From assembly GCA_902569785.1 (NCBI GenBank), contig CACFVO010000001.1, positions 115,971 to 179,970 of the forward strand: a DNA stretch of 64,000 nt, in the 5' to 3' direction. Positions 28,835 to 38,203 of this stretch are shown in pieces (positions within the stretch are counted from its first letter, which is position 1; the number at the start of each line of letters is the position of its first letter). Under the pieces are notes generated by a model. It did no database searches. It was not told the origin of the DNA and was given only the letters and a program-made list of their open reading frames with translations. This stretch comes from an uncultured Pelagibacteraceae bacterium. Its GTDB lineage: Bacteria; Pseudomonadota; Alphaproteobacteria; Pelagibacterales; Pelagibacteraceae. The position numbers were made by a program, and so were the translations under genes.

Positions 28835-29446
28835 ATGAAAATTTTGAAAGATAATCAAAAAAGATATGAAATAAAATTTATAATAAATGAAAAACAAAAG
28901 TCACTTTTTCTAAGAAAAAATAGTTTATCTAATTTATTTCCCGACAGGATTGTGGAGAGCATTTATTACGATACTAAAGATTTATTTTTTTTTAACATGA
29001 GCGAAGAAGGTGTGACTCCAAGAACCAAAGTGAGAGTTAGAGGTTACAATAATGGACAATTGAATAATTTAGAGATCAAGACAACCCAAAATTATCATAG
29101 AGAAAAAATTGTAATAAAAGATATCAAAGTTGATCATCACAACTTACATGATAATTTAAAAAAAGTAGGAATAAATAGAATTGTTTATCAAAAATTGAGG
29201 GTTAAATATCTACGAAGTTATTATTTACTTGATGGTATTGGTAGAATTACTATGGATAAAGATATTGAATTTCTATCACCAAATGTAAATTTTCATAATT
29301 CTAAGAAAATTCAATATATAATTTTAGAAGTAAAAACACAAAGTAACAAAATTGATAAAAACTTTATTGAAAAAATAATTGATTTTAAGGAGAGTAGATT
29401 TTCAAAATATTGCACTGGCATGAATTATTTGCTCAAATCGATTTAA
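28835..29446 (+). CDS. VTC (polyphosphate polymerase)-domain protein, CYTH/TTM superfamily
   Basis: RYEIKF, SIYYDT, R.KVRVRGY, LEIK, Y.RSYY, RITMD, ILEVK, FSKYC. Confidence 0.88.
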   Translation: MKILKDNQKRYEIKFIINEKQKSLFLRKNSLSNLFPDRIVESIYYDTKDLFFFNMSEEGVTPRTKVRVRGYNNGQLNNLEIKTTQNYHREKIVIKDIKVDHHNLHDNLKKVGINRIVYQKLRVKYLRSYYLLDGIGRITMDKDIEFLSPNVNFHNSKKIQYIILEVKTQSNKIDKNFIEKIIDFKESRFSKYCTGMNYLLKSI

Positions 29447-29482
29447 TTTGATTTGTAATTTCAATTCATCTAAAAACTTATT

Positions 29483-29869
29483 ATGAATTTAAAAGATAAA
29501 GAGTATGTTTGGGATAACAAAAAACCTACAGCTCAAATGCTAGGCCGTTGGCAGCCGTGGCACGAAGGCCACCAAAAGCTTTTTGAAGAAATTTTAAAAA
29601 AAACTGGACAAGTTAATATTATGGTACGCGATGTTAAAGGAGTTGACGATAATCCTTTTGATTTTGAAACAGTAAAAAAAAATATTTTCGAGGCTTTAAA
29701 AGATTATAAAAATAGAATTCAAGTTACCTTAGTCCCAAATATAACTAATATTTGTTATGGAAGGGGAGTTGGCTACAAAATAGAAGAAATAGTTCTAGAT
29801 GAAAAAACACAACAAATTTCAGCAACTAAGATAAGAGAACAAATGAGAAAAGACGGAAAACTCAAATAG
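29483..29869 (+). CDS. Stand-alone cytidylyltransferase-like (HIGH-motif) nucleotidyltransferase
   Basis: GRWQPWHEGH, YGRGVGY, ISATKIR. Confidence 0.8.
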   Translation: MNLKDKEYVWDNKKPTAQMLGRWQPWHEGHQKLFEEILKKTGQVNIMVRDVKGVDDNPFDFETVKKNIFEALKDYKNRIQVTLVPNITNICYGRGVGYKIEEIVLDEKTQQISATKIREQMRKDGKLK

Positions 29870-29886
29870 ATGCGAGCCGTTCTCAC

Positions 29887-29915
29887 TTGACCTGTTATTA
29901 AGCGAAATATATAAA
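29887..29915 (+). promoter_or_regulatory. Sigma70-type promoter for aprMBA
   Basis: TTGACC-N17-TATAAA about 30 bp upstream of the aprM ATG. Confidence 0.5.
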
Positions 29916-29944
29916 ATATTAATCGAGAAGGGATAACTACATTA

Positions 29945-30745
29945 ATGATTTATAACAATCCATTTTTAGGATTATCAGGTTTTGTATCACCTGTTGCTAT
30001 GCAATTGTTTGTTATTGCTATGATAGTGTTGGTTATTCTAGGAACATTGTTAGATATAATTCATAAAAAAAATGTAAAGTATTTTTTTAATAATGCAAAA
30101 AAAGCAAAAAGAAATGCAAAAATTCAACTTACAGCAAGCCAAAAAACTTCAGTAATACTTAAAACGGTTGCCTCTGACATTGCTACCACTTCAGAATTAG
30201 GAAGAGGGAAAAGAAGAGTTGCCCACGTACTAGGTATGTACGGTACAATTTTATTTTGGATTGCATCTGTAGTAATGATTTTTTGTTATTCAAATCCTTT
30301 CTCAGAAACACCATCCTTCTGGCCAATAATTTGGCATGTTGGTGCGTTAATGACAGTTCTGGGTGGAGGCTGGTTTTGGTTTTTTTTAAGAGTGGACGTT
30401 TATTCTGAAGCACAACCTTGGTATAGAATAATTAAAGCAGATTTATTTGTTCTTGCTCTTATTGCATCTTCTTTTACGGGCTTAATTTGGTCATATCTTC
30501 AATCTTTAGATTTGAATGACAGGTGGGATGATAAAGTTTTTTTAGTTTTATTTATTATTTCAAATCTAGTTTTATTTGGAGGAGTTTATTGGTCCAAATT
30601 TGCTCATATGTTTTACAAACCAGGTGCAGCAATTCAAAAAAATTTAGCTGAAGCAGATGGATCTAGGGACAATTTGCCACCACCAGCTGATGCACCGGAA
30701 CAGTTTGGGTTAGGTATAAAGAGAGAAGAACCGAAGCATTATTAA
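29945..30745 (+). CDS. aprM: APS reductase membrane anchor
   Basis: Multi-TM; H.LGMYG, WFWFFLRVDV, V.WSKFAHMFYKP.AA; directly upstream of aprBA. Confidence 0.9.
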   Translation: MIYNNPFLGLSGFVSPVAMQLFVIAMIVLVILGTLLDIIHKKNVKYFFNNAKKAKRNAKIQLTASQKTSVILKTVASDIATTSELGRGKRRVAHVLGMYGTILFWIASVVMIFCYSNPFSETPSFWPIIWHVGALMTVLGGGWFWFFLRVDVYSEAQPWYRIIKADLFVLALIASSFTGLIWSYLQSLDLNDRWDDKVFLVLFIISNLVLFGGVYWSKFAHMFYKPGAAIQKNLAEADGSRDNLPPPADAPEQFGLGIKREEPKHY

Positions 30746-30785
30746 ACAATTTATGATAAAAAATTTAAGGAAAAAAAAATAAATT

Positions 30786-31256
30786 ATGTCAACTTTTGTA
30801 TACATGACGCGATGTGATGGCTGCGGTCATTGCGTAGATATTTGTCCTTCAGATATCATGCATATTGATGAAACTATTCGAAGAGCAAAGAACATAGAGC
30901 CTAATTTTTGTTGGGAATGTTACTCTTGCGTAAAGGCTTGTCCAAATCATGCTATAGATGTTCGGGGTTACGCAGATTTTGCTCCGATGGGACACAGTGT
31001 GAGAGTTAGAAGAGAAGAAGAAAAAGGAACTATATCTTGGAAAATAAAGTTTAGAAACGGAACAGAAAAAAATTTTGTATCACCAATTACTACAAAACCT
31101 TGGGGCAAATTTATTCCAAAACTTGCTGAAGGAGATACGCCTAATCAAGGAGAAATTAAGTCTCAAATCTTATACAGAGAACCAGAAAATTTAAATACAA
31201 AAAAAGAACTTCCAACAGTTAGTAAAGAATCTTTTAAAAAGGGAGTTTATTACTAG
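30786..31256 (+). CDS. aprB: Adenylylsulfate reductase beta subunit
   Basis: CDGCGHCVDICPSDIM and CWECYSCVKACP ferredoxin motifs; RGYADFAP. Confidence 0.97.
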   Translation: MSTFVYMTRCDGCGHCVDICPSDIMHIDETIRRAKNIEPNFCWECYSCVKACPNHAIDVRGYADFAPMGHSVRVRREEEKGTISWKIKFRNGTEKNFVSPITTKPWGKFIPKLAEGDTPNQGEIKSQILYREPENLNTKKELPTVSKESFKKGVYY

Positions 31257-33115
31257 TGGCTAAAATAAAAACACATATAGTAGAAAGTGACATTCTTGTT
31301 GTTGGCGGAGGCATGGCAGGAACTGGGGCAACTTTTGAAGCTAGACACTGGGGTAGAAATTTAAAAATAATTTGCGTTGAAAAAGCTAATATTGATCGAA
31401 GTGGTGCTGTAGCCCAAGGACTTTATGCAATTAATTGTTATATGGGAATGCAATGGGATGAAAACCAACCAGAAGACCATGTGCGTTATGCAAGAAATGA
31501 TTTAATGGGAATGGTAAGAGAAGATTTAGGGTATGACATGGCTCGTCATGTTGACTCCACAGTACATATGTTTGATGAGTGGGGTTTACCAATGATGAAA
31601 AATGAAAAAACAGGAAGATATTTAAGAGAAGGTAAATGGCAAATTATGATACATGGTGAGAGTTATAAGCCTATAGTTGCAGAAGCAGCAAGAAAGTCTG
31701 CTGATGAAATTTACAATCGAATAATGATTACTCATTTATTAATGGACAATGAAAAAGAAAATAGAATTGGTGGCGCTGTTGGATTTAATATGAGAACAGG
31801 AGATTATTACGTTTTTAAATCTAAAACTGTAATAGTAGCTGCGGGTGGCGCATCACATATTTTTAAACCTAGAGCAGTAGGCGAAGGAATGGGTAGAACT
31901 TGGTATGCTCCATGGAGTAACGGGTCTGCTTATGCGCTCCCTATAGCAGTAGGGGCTAAGATGACTCAAATGGAAAATAGAATTGTTTTATGTAGATTTA
32001 AAGATGGTTATGGTCCTGTTGGAGCTTATTTTTTACATTTAAAAACGTATACTCAAAATGCAAATGGAGAAAACTATGAAAAGAAGTGGTATGAGCACAC
32101 TAAAAAAATGGTTGGAGAGTATATAGATCATCATCCAACTCCAACTTGTCTCCGTAATCATGCGTTTATTCAAGAAGTAATGGCTGGGGGTGGTCCAATT
32201 CACATGGTTACAAAAGAAGCTTTTCAAGATCCTCACTTAGAGACTGTTGGATGGGAAAATTTTTTAGGTATGACTGTGGGCCAAGCTGTGGTCTGGGCTT
32301 CCCAAAATATAGATCCAAAATATACAAATCCTGAACTAACTACTTCTGAGCCTTATGTAATGGGATCTCATGCAACTTGTTCTGGAGCCTGGGTAAGTGG
32401 GCCAGAAGATCTTTCTCCTCCAGAATATTTTTGGGGCTACAATAGAATGTTAACTGTTGATGGTCTTTTTGGAGCAGGAGATACTGTAGGTGGTAGCGCT
32501 CATAAATTTTCGTCAGGTTCTTTTACCGAAGGTCGTTTAGCAGCTAAAGCAGCAGTTAAATATATTGAAGACAAAAAAGCAGAAGGAATAAAAGTAAATC
32601 CTAAGCAATATGATGATCTTAAAGAAGTAATATACAAGCCTCTAGAAAATTATACAGTTGGAAGAAACGAAATTACTGGTGGAACTGTTTCTCCAAGCTA
32701 CATTTTGCCTATACAAGGCCTTCAAAGACTCCAAAAAATTATGGATGAATATGTTGGAGGAATTACTTCTAATTATATGACAAATGATAATTTATTAAAA
32801 AAAGGATTAGAATTACTAGATTGGTTACAAGAAGATTTAGAGAACGTTGCTGCCGAAGACTATCACCAATTAATGAGAGCTTGGGAGCTCAAACACAGAG
32901 CACTTACCTCTCAGTGCGTTACGGAACATACTTTATTTAGAGAAGAAACACGCTGGCCTGGATATTATTATCGAGGAGATCATTTAAAACTAGATGATGA
33001 AAATTGGCACTGTTTAACTGTTTCTAGAAGAGATCCTAAAACAGGTAAATTTACTATGGAAAAAGTGCCTGTATACCATATCGTTGACGATAAAAAGGAC
33101 AAGAAAGCTTCATAG
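31256..33115 (+). CDS. aprA: Adenylylsulfate reductase alpha subunit
   Basis: RSGAVAQGL.AIN, GKWQIMIHGESYKP, RFKDGYGPVGA, HKFSSGS, REETRWPGYYYR; GTG start. Confidence 0.98.
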   Translation: MAKIKTHIVESDILVVGGGMAGTGATFEARHWGRNLKIICVEKANIDRSGAVAQGLYAINCYMGMQWDENQPEDHVRYARNDLMGMVREDLGYDMARHVDSTVHMFDEWGLPMMKNEKTGRYLREGKWQIMIHGESYKPIVAEAARKSADEIYNRIMITHLLMDNEKENRIGGAVGFNMRTGDYYVFKSKTVIVAAGGASHIFKPRAVGEGMGRTWYAPWSNGSAYALPIAVGAKMTQMENRIVLCRFKDGYGPVGAYFLHLKTYTQNANGENYEKKWYEHTKKMVGEYIDHHPTPTCLRNHAFIQEVMAGGGPIHMVTKEAFQDPHLETVGWENFLGMTVGQAVVWASQNIDPKYTNPELTTSEPYVMGSHATCSGAWVSGPEDLSPPEYFWGYNRMLTVDGLFGAGDTVGGSAHKFSSGSFTEGRLAAKAAVKYIEDKKAEGIKVNPKQYDDLKEVIYKPLENYTVGRNEITGGTVSPSYILPIQGLQRLQKIMDEYVGGITSNYMTNDNLLKKGLELLDWLQEDLENVAAEDYHQLMRAWELKHRALTSQCVTEHTLFREETRWPGYYYRGDHLKLDDENWHCLTVSRRDPKTGKFTMEKVPVYHIVDDKKDKKAS

Positions 33116-33121
33116 ATTTAA

Positions 33122-33472
33122 ATGGAGTTCCTAGAAAAATCTGATAAAGAAATAAAAGATATAGCTCAACCTATCTGGGACAATCTTGTAAAAACTTCAA
33201 ATATTAAAGATTATGGTGGATTTACAAAAGATTTTTCATCACAGATGCTTTATGGAGCAAATGAGGTCGAACTTGGAAAACAGTGGGCAAATAATAAATT
33301 ACTTACCAGTTTATCTGAAAAACAAGAATTTTTAGGATGTATCAGAAGGGCTCAATTTATCACTGTTCTTTACAAACAAACAAGCAATACTATTCCAGGA
33401 GAATTTCTTGGACGTTTAGTTCTTGGGGTAGAAGATGGACAGGTTAAAGTTTTTGGAGCAACGATCTACTAG
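33122..33472 (+). CDS. Hypothetical protein (DUF3887/NTF2-like)
   Basis: A.PI.DNL...SN..DY..F.KDFS..M pattern; follows aprA closely. Confidence 0.65.
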   Translation: MEFLEKSDKEIKDIAQPIWDNLVKTSNIKDYGGFTKDFSSQMLYGANEVELGKQWANNKLLTSLSEKQEFLGCIRRAQFITVLYKQTSNTIPGEFLGRLVLGVEDGQVKVFGATIY

Positions 33473-33534
33473 GTGCGTCAAGTTGTCAAAATATATTTTT
33501 TTGATAAATATTAATCTTATGTTAAATAAAATTA

Positions 33535-33669
33535 ATGTTATCAATAAGTTTTAATCAAAAATTTAAATCTAAATTATCAAACTTCTTTAATATCAAATTA
33601 TTTCTTCAGATTGGACTCTCAGCTTTTTGGGCAGTGATTCTTACTGGAACATTTATTAAGTTCTTTTAG
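33535..33669 (+). CDS. Possible 44-aa single-TM microprotein
   Basis: MLSISFNQKFKSKLSNFFNIKLFLQIGLSAFWAVILTGTFIKFF; no clear SD. Confidence 0.3.
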   Translation: MLSISFNQKFKSKLSNFFNIKLFLQIGLSAFWAVILTGTFIKFF

Positions 33670-33749
33670 TCTAATTTCTATCAATAAGTCTTAACTTATT
33701 AGGCTTATCTATTCATTGACATACTAATATTAGAGGCATACTTAAAGGT

Positions 33750-34883
33750 ATGTTGGAAATTTATCTACCTATAGCACAAGTTAATGTAGATATTTTTTTA
33801 CTACTTTTTTTAAGTTTATCAGTAGGCGTTTTATCAGGATTATTTGGTGTGGGAGGGGGTTTTTTAATGACACCATTTCTAATATTCATGGGCATTCCCC
33901 CAGTTTACGCAGTACCAAATGAAGTTAATAATATTTTAGCTACTTCGGTCTCAGGATCTCTGACACATTGGTTTAAAAATACCCTAGATTATAAAATGGG
34001 GTTGCTTATTGTAAGCGGAGGAGTTGTTGGTACGATTTTAGGAATTACTACTTTCACATATTTCTCGGAAATAGGAAAAATTAGCTTAATTATATCTCTT
34101 CTTTATATGTACTTATTAGCAATAGTTGGGACCTTAATGATTATTGAAGGAGTAAAAGAAGTAGATCAGGCTAGAAAAAAAATAATCATCAAAAAAAAAT
34201 TACATGAACACAATTGGTTTCAAGGACTTCCGTTTAGAATGCGATTTCCTAAGTCAAAATTGTATGAAAGTGCTTTGACGCCGATTTTATTGGGCCTAAT
34301 AGTAGGGTTTGTTGCTGCTATGATGGGTATAGGCGGAGCATTCCTAATGGTACCTGCTATGATTTATATAGTTGGAATGCCAGTTAAACTAATCCCAGGA
34401 ACCTCTTTGTTCGTTACTATTTTTATAAGCGCTATAGTAACTATACTTCATGCTTTCAATTTTGGATCTATTGATTTATTTTTAGTAATTCCATTGATAC
34501 TTGGTTCAATTTTAGGAGTTCAAATAGGACAAAAACTTGGTCAACAGATTGACAGCTCTCACTTAAAAACTTTATTTGCATTATTACTTTGCGCAGTGGC
34601 AATTGCAATTGCTTATGATTCATTCTTTAGAAACGGGATAAACGAAAGCATCAACAATCAAATCGTAAATAATGATCTTAACATTTTTGCAGAATTTACT
34701 TTAAATTTTTCAAATGAGTCCCCATTACTTTATGCAGCGCTGGCTATACTTTTAGCAATAACTTTAGGAGCTTTAGCTGCTTGGATGAGAAAAATTATGA
34801 GCCCTATTGTGAAAAAATTATTAAGTGATTTCAGAAATAAAAATCAACCAAAAAAAGAAGAAGTAAAATTTCCAGAGAAATAA
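33750..34883 (+). CDS. Sulfite exporter TauE/SafE (TSUP) family
   Basis: GLFGVGGGFLMTP and MGIGGAFLMVPAM internal repeats. Confidence 0.88.
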   Translation: MLEIYLPIAQVNVDIFLLLFLSLSVGVLSGLFGVGGGFLMTPFLIFMGIPPVYAVPNEVNNILATSVSGSLTHWFKNTLDYKMGLLIVSGGVVGTILGITTFTYFSEIGKISLIISLLYMYLLAIVGTLMIIEGVKEVDQARKKIIIKKKLHEHNWFQGLPFRMRFPKSKLYESALTPILLGLIVGFVAAMMGIGGAFLMVPAMIYIVGMPVKLIPGTSLFVTIFISAIVTILHAFNFGSIDLFLVIPLILGSILGVQIGQKLGQQIDSSHLKTLFALLLCAVAIAIAYDSFFRNGINESINNQIVNNDLNIFAEFTLNFSNESPLLYAALAILLAITLGALAAWMRKIMSPIVKKLLSDFRNKNQPKKEEVKFPEK

Positions 34884-34887
34884 ATCT

Positions 34888-36057
34888 TTAAGCACTTCTA
34901 TAAAGCTTGGTCATTACAAACTCTTTATGACCTAAAGCTTCTGCACAAGTAAGCCTACCATTTGCTACTCTTAACATTGTTTTAATCAACTCATCTCCTG
35001 CTTGAGATAAATTCATTTCTCTAGATAATATTTTTGAGACATCGCAGTCTACATGTTCTTTCATTAATTTTGCTGTTAAAGGGTTAGCTGTAAGTTTAAC
35101 TACAGGCTCAATTGGGTTTCCAATAATATTGCCTTGTCCAGTTGGAAATAAATGAATATTGAATCCTCCTGCAGCTTGTAAAGTAACACATTCAGCTGCA
35201 GCGGATGAAGTGTCCATAAAGTATAAACCTTTACCTTTTTTTGGTTCTTCAGCAGGTTCTAAAACATCTATGAATTTTAATTTTCCAATTTTTTGGAAAT
35301 TTCCAAAAGCTTTCTCTTCTATAGTTGTTAAACCGCCAGCAATATTTCCGGCCGTAGGCTGACTTTCAGAAAGATCATCTGTTGCTTCTTTTAAAATAAA
35401 ATCATTATAAGCGTTCCAGGTTTTCATAAACTTTTGTTTTGCTTCCGGTGTTGCTCCCCTGGCGGCACAAACAGTTTCAGCTCCTGTTAATTCAGAAGTT
35501 TCTCCAAAACACAAATGGACTCCAAATGGTTCTAATTTTTCCATTAAATTACCTACTGTTGGATTAGATGCTAATCCAGATGTAGTATCTGACTCTCCAC
35601 ATTTAACTGATATCCATAAGTCGCTTAATGGGCATTCTTCTCTTTGTTTTTCTGAAGCCCACTGAGAAAATTCTTGAGCTTTTTTTGATGCCTTCATTAT
35701 TGTGCCAATGTCACCAGTTCTTTCTATATGAAATCCTTCTACCGGTTTGCCAGTTTTTGCTATTTCATCAACAATTTTTTTTGTCCATTTAGGCTCTATT
35801 CCAATAACTATTACAGCTGCTACATTTGGATTTTTTCCAGTTCCAATCATTGTTCTGAAATGCAATTCAAGATCTGCCCCAAATTGTAATCTTCCATATG
35901 AGTGAGGTAATGCTATTGTACCCTTTATATTGTTTGCAACAGCTTCCGCACACGCATTCGAAATATCGTCCACTGGAAGAATTATTACATGGTTTCTAGT
36001 TCCAGCTCTTCCATTTTCTCTTTTGTAACCTAAAAAACTTTTTGGGATTTCCATCAA
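34888..36057 (-). CDS. suyB: (R)-sulfolactate sulfo-lyase beta subunit (UxaA family)
   Basis: [47 protein letters not shown]; paired with SAF subunit. Confidence 0.88.
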   Translation of the reverse strand: MMEIPKSFLGYKRENGRAGTRNHVIILPVDDISNACAEAVANNIKGTIALPHSYGRLQFGADLELHFRTMIGTGKNPNVAAVIVIGIEPKWTKKIVDEIAKTGKPVEGFHIERTGDIGTIMKASKKAQEFSQWASEKQREECPLSDLWISVKCGESDTTSGLASNPTVGNLMEKLEPFGVHLCFGETSELTGAETVCAARGATPEAKQKFMKTWNAYNDFILKEATDDLSESQPTAGNIAGGLTTIEEKAFGNFQKIGKLKFIDVLEPAEEPKKGKGLYFMDTSSAAAECVTLQAAGGFNIHLFPTGQGNIIGNPIEPVVKLTANPLTAKLMKEHVDCDVSKILSREMNLSQAGDELIKTMLRVANGRLTCAEALGHKEFVMTKLYRSA

Positions 36058-36058
36058 A

Positions 36059-36346
36059 TTACCATTTCTTTGTTTTTACATTATGCACATGAACATGTTC
36101 ACCTTTTTTAATTGATTTAACGACTTTACCAATATCATGTCCATATTTTAAAATTGTGTCGCCTTCTTTAAGGTCTTTCAGAGCAATTTTATGACCTAGA
36201 GGAACAGCATTTGTAGAACTAACTTTAATTGATTTATCGTTTTCCATAATCCAAGCGTTGCATTCTTGACCTTTTTTAGTTGTTTCTATAACAACTACTC
36301 CAACGTTGTCTTTTTCGTCATGTATTATGAGATCTGGCTGTGACAT
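36059..36346 (-). CDS. suyA: Sulfolactate sulfo-lyase alpha subunit (SAF domain)
   Basis: H...[36 protein letters not shown]. Confidence 0.88.
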   Translation of the reverse strand: MSQPDLIIHDEKDNVGVVVIETTKKGQECNAWIMENDKSIKVSSTNAVPLGHKIALKDLKEGDTILKYGHDIGKVVKSIKKGEHVHVHNVKTKKW

Positions 36347-36418
36347 AAAATATTTAATGGATATAGACTAAATTTTGATATATTTAAAGGTAGATTTAAA
36401 TTTTTTTAGAGGAATTCT

Positions 36419-38203
36419 ATGGCTAAAATGACAACCGAAGAAGCTTTTGTAAAAGTTTTACAAATGCATGGTATTGAACACGCTTTTGGAATTATAGGGT
36501 CAGCTTTCATGCCTATCTCTGATATTTTTCCAGATGCGGGAATAACTTTCTGGGATGTTGCTCACGAAACCAATGGAGGGTTAATTGCAGATGGTTATAC
36601 TAGAGCTACAGGAAAAATGTCTATGGTAATTGCCCAAAATGGTCCAGGAATTACAGGATTGGTAACACCTATAAAAACAGCTTACTGGAATCACACTCCA
36701 TTACTTTTAGTAACACCTCAAGCAGCAAATAAAACAATGGGACAAGGCGGATTTCAAGAAGTAGAGCAGATGAATTTATTTAAAGATATGGTTTGTTATC
36801 AAGAAGAAGTAAGAGATCCATCCAGAATGGCTGAAGTACTAAATCGTGTTATAGAAAAAGCAATAAGGGGATCTGCACCAGCTCAAATTAATGTGCCAAG
36901 AGATTATTGGACACAAATTATAGATATAGAACTTCCTCCGATAGTAAGATTAGAAAGACAAGCTGGAGGATCAGAAGCAATAGATAAAGCAGCTAAATTA
37001 TTATCAGAAGCAAAATTTCCAGTAATTTTATCTGGAGCAGGAGTTGTAATAGGCGGAGCAATAGATGACTGTGTAAAATTAGCTGAGAAATTAGATTCCC
37101 CAGTATGTTCTGGTTATCAGCATAACGATAGTTTTCCAGGGAGTCATCCTTTGGCAGTTGGTCCATTAGGATATAATGGCTCTAAAGCTGGAATGGAACT
37201 TATTTCTAAAGCAGATGTAGTTTTAGCTCTTGGAACTAGACTAAATCCTTTTTCTACTTTACCTGGATATGGAATTGACTATTGGCCTAAAAAGGCAAAA
37301 ATAATTCAAGTTGATATAAATTCAGACAGAATTGGATTAACAAAAAAAGTCACTGTCGGCATTTGTGGAGATGCAAAACTTGTTGCTCAACAGTTATTAA
37401 AAAAGCTCTCACCAAAAGCAGGAGATGTTGATAGAAAGAAAAGAAAAGATTTGATCCATCAAACCAAATCAGCTTGGTTACAAAAATTATCAAGTTTAGA
37501 TCATGAGGATGATGACCCGGGTACAGTTTGGAATAAAGAGGCTAGAGAAAGAGACAAAGACAGAATGTCACCACGTCAAGCATGGAGAGCCATACAAGCA
37601 GGAATGCCTGATGATGTAATTATATCAAGTGATATCGGAAACAATTGTGCTATTGGCAATGCTTATCCAACTTTTGAAAAAGGAAGAAAATATTTAGCGC
37701 CTGGTTTGTTTGGTCCATGTGGTTATGGGTTTCCGGCAATTCTTGGAGCAAAAATAGGCTGTTCCGATACACCAGTAATTGGATTTGCTGGAGATGGAGC
37801 TTTTGGAATTAGCATGAACGAAATGAGCTCATGCGCCCGCAAGGAATGGCCAGCTATCTCTATGGTGATTTTTAGAAACTACCAATGGGGGGCAGAAAAA
37901 AGAAATTCTATATTATGGTTTGATGACAATTTCATTGGAACAGAATTAGATCCAGAACTAAGTTATGCTAAAGTTGCGAATGCTTGTGGTCTAAAAGGTG
38001 TTACTGTTAAAACAATGGCTGAAACAACAAAAGCGATAAAACAATCTTGCGAAGATCAGAAAAAAGGGATTACAACTTTTATCGAAATAATCTTAAATCA
38101 AGAATTAGGAGAACCATTTAGACGAGATGCAATGAAAAAACCAGTAAAAGTAGCTGGGATTGATAAAAAAGATATGCGAGTACAAAAAAATTTAAACATT
38201 TAG
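36419..38203 (+). CDS. xsc: Sulfoacetaldehyde acetyltransferase
   Basis: MTTEEAFVKVLQMHGI..AFGIIGSA, QNGPG, GDGAFGISM, N.QWGAEKRN, ELGEPFRRDAM. Confidence 0.97.
   Translation: MAKMTTEEAFVKVLQMHGIEHAFGIIGSAFMPISDIFPDAGITFWDVAHETNGGLIADGYTRATGKMSMVIAQNGPGITGLVTPIKTAYWNHTPLLLVTPQAANKTMGQGGFQEVEQMNLFKDMVCYQEEVRDPSRMAEVLNRVIEKAIRGSAPAQINVPRDYWTQIIDIELPPIVRLERQAGGSEAIDKAAKLLSEAKFPVILSGAGVVIGGAIDDCVKLAEKLDSPVCSGYQHNDSFPGSHPLAVGPLGYNGSKAGMELISKADVVLALGTRLNPFSTLPGYGIDYWPKKAKIIQVDINSDRIGLTKKVTVGICGDAKLVAQQLLKKLSPKAGDVDRKKRKDLIHQTKSAWLQKLSSLDHEDDDPGTVWNKEARERDKDRMSPRQAWRAIQAGMPDDVIISSDIGNNCAIGNAYPTFEKGRKYLAPGLFGPCGYGFPAILGAKIGCSDTPVIGFAGDGAFGISMNEMSSCARKEWPAISMVIFRNYQWGAEKRNSILWFDDNFIGTELDPELSYAKVANACGLKGVTVKTMAETTKAIKQSCEDQKKGITTFIEIILNQELGEPFRRDAMKKPVKVAGIDKKDMRVQKNLNI

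Noticed and set aside
29945-33115. Dissimilatory sulfate reduction
   Set aside because: aprM-type anchor, no qmo or dsr genes in the window, and sulfonate-catabolic context indicate the oxidative direction.
34888-36346. Altronate/galactarate dehydratase
   Set aside because: Split SAF plus catalytic subunits next to xsc and tauE match SuyAB.
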